Notes under the pieces: generated by a model | What the model was told of the DNA's origin: nothing | The model's database searches: none | Seen by the model: only the letters and a program-made list of their open reading frames with translations | DNA from: an uncultured Bacilli bacterium | GTDB lineage: Bacteria > Bacillota_I > Bacilli_A > RFN20 > CAG-826 | Length of the DNA: 64,000 nt | Direction of reading: 5' to 3' | Assembly: GCA_934140155.1 (NCBI GenBank) | Contig: CAKPBC010000008.1 | Coordinates: 1 to 64,000, forward strand | Part shown: positions 57,789 through 64,000 of the stretch, one piece after another | Layout of the letters: every line of letters starts with the position of its first letter | How positions within the stretch are numbered: the first letter of the stretch is position 1 | Translations under genes and position numbers: made by a program

Positions 57789-59009
57789 TTATTTCATTTC
57801 TACTTTTTTGAAGTTCTTCTTGCCTTTACGTAAGACAAAACCATTTTTAACTTGATCAACGCTAATTAATAATTTAACATCATTAACTTTATCATTATCA
57901 ATAACAACTCCGCCTTGTTCTACTGCACGTCTTGCATCAGATTTTGAAGTAGCTAATTCCACTTTCATAAGTAATGATAAGATATCAATATGTCCCTCAG
58001 TAAAGTCTTCTTCACTTAATACTACGCTTGGCATATTTGCGGCACTACCAGCGCTAAATAAAGATTCTGCAGTTGCTTTAGCGGCGTCTGCTTTTTCTTT
58101 ACCATGAACCATACTTGTTAATTCATAAGCAAGAACTTTTTTCGCTTCATTAAGTTCTGCTCCTTCCATCTTTTCAAATTTTGCAATTTCTTCAAGTGGA
58201 ATAAATGTTAACATCTTCATACATTTAACTACATCAGCGTCATCAATATTACGCCAATATTGATAGAATTCAAATGGTGTAGTTTTATTTTCATCTAACC
58301 ATACCGCACCAGATTGTGTTTTACCCATTTTCTTACCTTCGCTATTAAGTAATAAGTTAATAGTTAAAGCGGAAGCATCTTTACCTAATTTCTTACGAAT
58401 TAATTCAGTACCGGCAAGCATATTAGACCATTGATCATCGCCACCAAATTGTAAGTTACAACCATATTTTAAGAATAATTGATAGAAGTCATAACTTTGC
58501 ATAATCATATAGTTAAATTCTAAGAAACTTAATCCTTTTTCCATACGTGATTTATAGCATTCAGCACGTAACATATTATTAACAGAAAAGCAAGCACCAA
58601 CGTCACGAAGTAATTCAATATAATTTAAATTACGTAACCAATCAGCGTTATTAACCATTAAAGCTTTACCTTCAGAAAAATCAATAAATCTTTCCATTTG
58701 TTTTTTGAAACATTCACAGTTATGGTTAATATCTTCCACTGTTAACATCTTACGCATATCACTTCTACCACTTGGATCACCAATCATACCAGTGCCACCG
58801 CCAATTAACGCAATTGGACGATTACCCGCTAATTGGAGACGTTTCATTAAGACTAAAGTCATAAAGTGACCAACATGTAAGCTATCTGCAGTTGGATCAA
58901 AACCAATATAGAATGTTGCCTTTCCATTATTAATTAATTCTTTGATTAATTTTTCATCTGTTACTTGGGCAATTAATCCTCTTGCCACTAATTCTTCATA
59001 AAGTTCCAT
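57789..59009 (-). CDS. tyrS: Tyrosine--tRNA ligase (start at MELYEELVARGL, RBS AAGGAG)
   Basis: HIGH region FDPTADSLHVGH, KMSKS region KMGKT, C-terminal S4-like domain. Confidence 0.9.
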   Translation of the reverse strand: MELYEELVARGLIAQVTDEKLIKELINNGKATFYIGFDPTADSLHVGHFMTLVLMKRLQLAGNRPIALIGGGTGMIGDPSGRSDMRKMLTVEDINHNCECFKKQMERFIDFSEGKALMVNNADWLRNLNYIELLRDVGACFSVNNMLRAECYKSRMEKGLSFLEFNYMIMQSYDFYQLFLKYGCNLQFGGDDQWSNMLAGTELIRKKLGKDASALTINLLLNSEGKKMGKTQSGAVWLDENKTTPFEFYQYWRNIDDADVVKCMKMLTFIPLEEIAKFEKMEGAELNEAKKVLAYELTSMVHGKEKADAAKATAESLFSAGSAANMPSVVLSEEDFTEGHIDILSLLMKVELATSKSDARRAVEQGGVVIDNDKVNDVKLLISVDQVKNGFVLRKGKKNFKKVEMK

Positions 59010-59250
59010 TTGTTTTCTCCTTTTAAAAAAATAAAAATTCGCCCCTATTAAAGGACGAATTAATCGTGTTACCACCTTTATTCGTAGATAATTCGCATTA
59101 TCTACCTTAGTGAGTCTTAGACTCAATACTTAACGCGCATTAACGAGTGTTATTAGCACTAACTCCAAGGTGTATTCATAATTAATAACTATTTCTTTGC
59201 ACCATCCAGAAACTCTCTACTAATTTATTAATTACTACTATCCTTATCTT
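59010..59250 (-). ncRNA. T-box riboswitch leader of tyrS
   Basis: Minus strand AAAGGTGGTAACACG T-box-like sequence and terminator TTCGTCC..GGGCGAA followed by T-run immediately upstream of RBS. Confidence 0.6.
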
Positions 59251-59259
59251 CGCTTTTTA

Positions 59260-60255
59260 TTATAAAGTTGAATTACGTTTAACAAATTCTGAAGCAATAC
59301 GATAATGTTTATCGACTTCTTCATTATTCATAATCTTAGCAAGCATTTCAACAGCTTGAGCACCAATCTTATATAAATCAATATGCATTGATGAAATCAT
59401 TGGACGCATAATTGAAGCATATTTAGTACCAATAAGTGATAATACTTCAACATCTTCTGGTACTCTTAATCCTGAGTCAAGGGCGGCATTCATAACTGCA
59501 GCGGCTAATGAATCACGATAAGTTAAGAAATAACCACTCTTTGTTGACTTAAAGAATTTTAAGAAATCACTATAAGTTTTAGAATAAGAGTCATCACTAC
59601 TTAAGATACCATAGCTAATATTATGTTTAACATGAGTATCAACAAATACTTTTTCAATTCTAGCTAATAATTTACCAGAATTATGAGAATGTAAGAAATA
59701 CATTTCTTTAGTTGGATGTTCTAAGTATTCATTTAAAATATTACGAATATTATGTTCATAACCAAAGTGAATACAGCCAACATTGCTAGCTTCAATATCA
59801 TTGTTAATAGCAACAAGTGGTACAGCATAACCAGCAATCTTCATTAATTCTTCGTTTTCTAATTCATCATCAAATATAATCGCACCATCAACATGGGAAG
59901 TAATAACTTTTTCCATAACTTTTAAAGCATCTTCACGGTTATGAGATGTTGTATATAATCTTAAATCATAACCTAATTCTTTTGCTTTATCAGTCATACC
60001 ACTTAACATGTTAGAAATATAAACATAGTTCGCAGATGGTATAACAATACCAATACAAGTCGACTTAGATGTTGCAAGACCTTGCGCTAAGGCAGAAGGC
60101 TTATAACCCAATTTCTTAATGACCTCATTAACTTTATCACGAGTTTTTGGGGCAACTAAAGCGTTGTTATTGATAACACGAGAAACGGTTGCTAATGAAA
60201 CTCCTGAGATTTTAGCAACTTCATAAATCGTTACTCTACTTTTTAAATTTTCCAT
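59260..60255 (-). CDS. LacI-family transcriptional regulator
   Basis: N-terminal HTH VTIYEVAKISGVSLATVSRVINN plus periplasmic-binding-like domain. Confidence 0.8.
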   Translation of the reverse strand: MENLKSRVTIYEVAKISGVSLATVSRVINNNALVAPKTRDKVNEVIKKLGYKPSALAQGLATSKSTCIGIVIPSANYVYISNMLSGMTDKAKELGYDLRLYTTSHNREDALKVMEKVITSHVDGAIIFDDELENEELMKIAGYAVPLVAINNDIEASNVGCIHFGYEHNIRNILNEYLEHPTKEMYFLHSHNSGKLLARIEKVFVDTHVKHNISYGILSSDDSYSKTYSDFLKFFKSTKSGYFLTYRDSLAAAVMNAALDSGLRVPEDVEVLSLIGTKYASIMRPMISSMHIDLYKIGAQAVEMLAKIMNNEEVDKHYRIASEFVKRNSTL

Positions 60256-60407
60256 TTAACATTCCTCCTTGTTTTCATACATTTTCATTTTAAATGAAAA
60301 TATTTTCATAGTCAATGAGTTTAAAAAATATTTTTTAATTTTTACAAGTTGTTTACAAAATTAAAAAGTGCCTAGTCGCACTTTTATGAGATGTTTATTC
60401 CATCGTT

Positions 60408-60674
60408 TTATTTTTTCTTTTTCTTTTTTTTCGATGTAATATCTTTTTCCATTTTCTTCATAAATTCATCGACGTCTTCATTAACATCATTACTTAATTT
60501 AGAAAATTCTTGTTTGATATCATCGGTTACTTTTTTGACATTATTAGACTCATGATTTTCTCGGTCATCGTTACGACACATTTCCTTAGCTTTCGATACG
60601 AAATATGGAAGTGATATGGTAAGTGCTGCTCCGGTAATTAAGCCGAATCCAAATGCCATAGTTCGAAAATGCAT
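60408..60674 (-). CDS. Small membrane-anchored protein with lysine-rich tail
   Basis: N-terminal hydrophobic segment, C-terminal KKKKKKK. Confidence 0.4.
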   Translation of the reverse strand: MHFRTMAFGFGLITGAALTISLPYFVSKAKEMCRNDDRENHESNNVKKVTDDIKQEFSKLSNDVNEDVDEFMKKMEKDITSKKKKKKK

Positions 60675-60691
60675 AATGCCTCCTATAAGAT

Positions 60692-61963
60692 TTAACTTTT
60701 AAAATCCGCTAGTCCATAAATCCAATCATCAATATTTTTGGAACTCATGAATAGATAAACTGTGTTGCTTTCTTCTTTTTCTTCGTTTATTAACTCACTT
60801 AAAGTATCAACATAGCTTATTCGAGTATCTGCATTTAATAACTTTGTATTAGCTTCTACTAATTCATAAATTGGTAAGATATAAGCTTTATCAAAGTTTA
60901 ATAAGACTTTTTTAAATTCCCGTTGAAATTTAACTAGTCTAGAATAACGATCTGGTTTAAAGATTCCTACGACTCTATGACTAGGATACATCTCACGGGC
61001 TATTTCTAGACTTGCTAAAATTTCACTCGGATGATGTGCGTAATCATCAATAAACACATCTCTTGCTATTATCTTGTGTTGCATTCTACGGTTTATACAA
61101 AAAATATCGTTAAAATTTTTAAAAGCTTTTTCGATATTTAAATTTGAACTATGTAAGAAAGCAATAACACTTAGTAAATGTAAAGCATTATATAAGCCAA
61201 ATATTGCCACATCAAGATGATAGATTTTTTCTTTTTTATAATAGACATCTCCTTTAATTCCATGTGTTAAATCTAAATTTTTAAAATAATAATCAGCATT
61301 TTCGCTTACTCCATAAGTTAACAAATTATGATGATGGACTTTATTCCTATAATCATAATTAACTATCACCTTATTAGCGTGTTTACAAAATTTATTAAAA
61401 GCACTATTATATTGCCTTTTTGTTTTAAAATAATCGACATGGTCATAATCAATATTAGTAATAATAATTGTATTAGGATAGTAAGTAAGGAAATGTTCAT
61501 AATATTCACATGCTTCATATACAATCATATTATTAGCAAATCCTCCGATACCAACACCATCTCCACGTAACATTGAACATCCTAAAATATTACTTATGGC
61601 ATGATGAAAGTATCCCACTGTGGAAGTTTTTCCATGTGTGCCACATATTGCCACTTGATATAAACTAGAAAAATAATCATGAATAAAATGATTATATTCT
61701 TTATAAGGAATATTTTTGTTTTTTATTTTTTCAATAATTGGATGATTAATAAAAGAATGTCCAACAATAACAAAATCCGTATCACTAGGAATATCGCTAT
61801 CTTCTAATAATACATCAACATTTATATTTCTCTTTTTTAAAATATCACTAGTAAACACAATGTGATCAATATCATTACCTCTTACTTCATGTCCATCGTC
61901 AACCAAGATACCCGCTAAAGCGGCCATACCTGTTCCTTTAATACCAATCAAATAGAATTTCAT
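60692..61963 (-). CDS. murC: Mur ligase family protein, MurC-like (UDP-N-acetylmuramate--L-alanine ligase)
   Basis: N-terminal IGIKGTGMAALAGIL, GTHGKTST P-loop. Confidence 0.6.
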   Translation of the reverse strand: MKFYLIGIKGTGMAALAGILVDDGHEVRGNDIDHIVFTSDILKKRNINVDVLLEDSDIPSDTDFVIVGHSFINHPIIEKIKNKNIPYKEYNHFIHDYFSSLYQVAICGTHGKTSTVGYFHHAISNILGCSMLRGDGVGIGGFANNMIVYEACEYYEHFLTYYPNTIIITNIDYDHVDYFKTKRQYNSAFNKFCKHANKVIVNYDYRNKVHHHNLLTYGVSENADYYFKNLDLTHGIKGDVYYKKEKIYHLDVAIFGLYNALHLLSVIAFLHSSNLNIEKAFKNFNDIFCINRRMQHKIIARDVFIDDYAHHPSEILASLEIAREMYPSHRVVGIFKPDRYSRLVKFQREFKKVLLNFDKAYILPIYELVEANTKLLNADTRISYVDTLSELINEEKEESNTVYLFMSSKNIDDWIYGLADFKS

Positions 61964-62239
61964 AGAATCACCATTACAATATATGCAAATGATAATTTAA
62001 TATTTGATATAATATTATTAATTATCTGCTTTTTTAATTGAATAACCAACTATCGCTCGTTTATTTCAAATTCTTGATTTATCAGAATAAATGTCCAAAT
62101 AATTTTAGGTATAAAGCATTTTAGTAATTGTTTTTGATAATTATTGTCTTTATAAAACTTGTAATACGCAAAGGTCGAATACAAGTTTTAATATCTTAAT
62201 TTTGCTAGATTATGTGACTTAAAAAGTTAAATAATTATC

Positions 62240-63658
62240 TTACTTATATAATTCGGATAGAGAAATAAGAACAATATTATCATTATTTTGTGTTTTAAAC
62301 CAATCACTAAATCCAGATAATGAAAACAAAATGTATTTACTAAGCTTATATTTTGTAGAAATCAAAGTTGCTCTTCTTACTAATGTGTCATAAATAGATT
62401 TATCTATTACTTCATTTTTAAATTTACATTCACCAATAACATATTTTTTATCAATAGTGGATATTCCCACTACATCAATATCAGTTGGTTGATTTTTCTT
62501 TTCGCCATTACTATTTATAGTAATTTCATTTCCCCACCAAGATCCAACATTAGTAATAAAACAATCAAAATCGCCTTGTATTCCATGAACCAATGTATAA
62601 TAATGACACATATTTTCGAATATACTGCCCATATATTCGTGAAGTTTTGGCTTAACAACTTTATTAAAATACAAGTCCCCTTTATTAATTTCAATTACAC
62701 TTGTTGCTTTTGGTATAAATTCGTACCAAAACTTAAACATATCATCTCTTAAGACATATTGAGTTTTTTTCTTATTATTCTCTTCTGTTATACATTTTTT
62801 CTTTTCGATTAAGCCTACACTAATTAACTTGTCTAAAGAATACAAAATAGTTGATTCCTTTTCACCAACTTTATTAGCAATCAAGTTAACAGTATTTTCA
62901 CCAGATGCAATTTTTTCAATTATGTTATTTACCAAAGAAATATCAGAAAATTCTTGAGTTAATAAGTTTCTAGTTTCATCATATAAATAACCATTAGTCT
63001 TAAAAAACAAATCAATTATATTTTCATCAATACTTTTATTTTGATTAATTAAAGAAAGATATTTAGCAACACCACCTGTTATTCCATAACATATCGCTTT
63101 ATCTTCATAAGAATAATTTGGCACGAATTTCGCCGATTCTAAATAATCAAAAGCCTCTAATTTTATTTGTGATTCTCTTCTTCCAAATATTGGACTTTTT
63201 TCACTTAGAACTTTATTTTCCATAAAACTTAAAGATGAGCCACATAATATTATTTTTAAATTTTTATCATTCCAAATTGAATCAACATATTTTTGTAAAA
63301 TTGATAATAAAGCATCATCTTTTTCTGCCCAATATGGCAATTCATCTATAACAAGAATAAGTTTTTCCTTACCAATAGTTTTATTAATAAAATCAAATAT
63401 TGATTCTAATGATTCAAATTTTATGTTATCAAGTGCAGGTAATAAAGTCGCAACTACTTGTCGAGCAAATAATTCTATATTTCTTTCTTTACCAACTTTT
63501 GTCGCAGTATAAAATATTGCTTTTTTATTTTTTATAAACTCCGCTATTAAAGTTGATTTTCCAATATGTTTACGGCCATAGATAATAGTCATACCTATTC
63601 CATCTTTACTATACAAGTCTTCTAATGTTTTTAACTCTTTTTCTCTACCAATAAACAT
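62240..63658 (-). CDS. ATP-binding protein (archaeal-type ATPase domain plus DUF234)
   Basis: IYGRKHIGKST Walker A; DUF234-like C-terminus. Confidence 0.65.
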   Translation of the reverse strand: MFIGREKELKTLEDLYSKDGIGMTIIYGRKHIGKSTLIAEFIKNKKAIFYTATKVGKERNIELFARQVVATLLPALDNIKFESLESIFDFINKTIGKEKLILVIDELPYWAEKDDALLSILQKYVDSIWNDKNLKIILCGSSLSFMENKVLSEKSPIFGRRESQIKLEAFDYLESAKFVPNYSYEDKAICYGITGGVAKYLSLINQNKSIDENIIDLFFKTNGYLYDETRNLLTQEFSDISLVNNIIEKIASGENTVNLIANKVGEKESTILYSLDKLISVGLIEKKKCITEENNKKKTQYVLRDDMFKFWYEFIPKATSVIEINKGDLYFNKVVKPKLHEYMGSIFENMCHYYTLVHGIQGDFDCFITNVGSWWGNEITINSNGEKKNQPTDIDVVGISTIDKKYVIGECKFKNEVIDKSIYDTLVRRATLISTKYKLSKYILFSLSGFSDWFKTQNNDNIVLISLSELYK

Positions 63659-63797
63659 AATTTTTTCTCCTTACTTTTTATTCAAATCGATTTTATTCAA
63701 ATCAATCTGAATAAATTTTTTTAACTTTTCTTAAACTAAAAAAAGCCGAAAAACATCAACAGAGTTCCGACTTTTAAAAATATTATTTAATTAATAA

Positions 63798-64000
63798 TTA
63801 ATCAATTAATGATGCTGCCCCAATAATACCGGCATCATTACCAAGTTCTGCACATTTAATTTCAACTTTTGGTGTATTAAAGAAGCCATAATTTTCTTCT
63901 TCTAATAATGGTACTAAACGATTTAATAAATAATCTTTTTGTCCACTTAATCCACCACCAATAATAATTAATTCTGGTCTAAAGATATTACAGAAGTTTA
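63798..64000 (-). CDS. ROK-family sugar kinase/glucokinase, C-terminal part (gene continues beyond window)
   Basis: Reverse translation gives ...ELIIIGGGLSGQKDY...AELGNDAGIIGAASLID*. Confidence 0.6.
   Translation of the reverse strand, partial: NFCNIFRPELIIIGGGLSGQKDYLLNRLVPLLEEENYGFFNTPKVEIKCAELGNDAGIIGAASLID

Noticed and set aside
62489-62752. 87-aa plus ORF opposite DUF234 ATPase
   Set aside because: Antisense shadow
1-64000. CRISPR arrays, integrase/recombinase genes, intact IS elements
   Set aside because: None of these was found. Beyond the short arrays reported, there are no regularly spaced direct repeats with unique spacers, and no tyrosine or serine recombinase motifs in any ORF

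Overview
The window is low-GC (about 28 % GC) Firmicutes chromosome that uses the standard genetic code. Most of it is housekeeping backbone.

Backbone genes, in order:
- tRNA-His.
- A perR-rbr-dfx oxidative-stress operon with a Per box in its promoter.
- A flotillin gene.
- Glycolipid synthesis genes (PlsC-like acyltransferase, UgtP/MGDG-synthase glycosyltransferase).
- Bacillus-type dnaB-dnaI.
- pfkA-pyk.
- T-box-led thrS.
- infC-rpmI-rplT with an L20-type attenuator and an ATT start on infC.
- ytfI-ytfJ.
- iscS-thiI.
- ezrA.
- birA-bioY, next to a Na+-translocating biotin-dependent decarboxylase operon.
- rpsD.
- T-box-led tyrS, followed by a LacI regulator, a MurC-like ligase, a DUF234 ATPase and a ROK kinase.

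A roughly 19.5 kb accessory island (about 38.1-57.4 kb) sits between rpsD and tyrS and holds the unusual content.

First, a proteasome-like module read from the minus strand:
- Three tandem HslV-like Ntn-hydrolase paralogs. Only one keeps the full Thr1/Asp17/Gly18 catalytic signature.
- Two paralogous FtsH-like AAA+ proteins. Both lack transmembrane segments, have a degenerate Walker B and have lost the HEXXH zinc site.
- Interleaved tiny membrane-peptide genes.
- A terminal HTH-WYL-WCX regulator.

Second, a radical-SAM RiPP-like locus:
- A 64-aa precursor whose C-terminal core carries five W-x-D/E triplets.
- The precursor is translationally coupled to a radical SAM/SPASM enzyme.
- Its promoter is a perfect TTGACA-18-TATAAT with a G9 homopolymer in the spacer, a candidate phase-variable switch.
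- An intergenic array of phased direct repeats sits upstream.
- A tailoring block follows: a second radical SAM enzyme, a kinase-methyltransferase fusion, a phosphatase-domain fusion, a TupA-type ATP-grasp ligase and GT4 glycosyltransferases.

Other points: two palindromic boxes, a 14-bp perfect inverted repeat, a candidate terminated ncRNA next to tyrS, and an SF2 helicase fused to a membrane domain.

No CRISPR array, integrase or intact IS element was seen.
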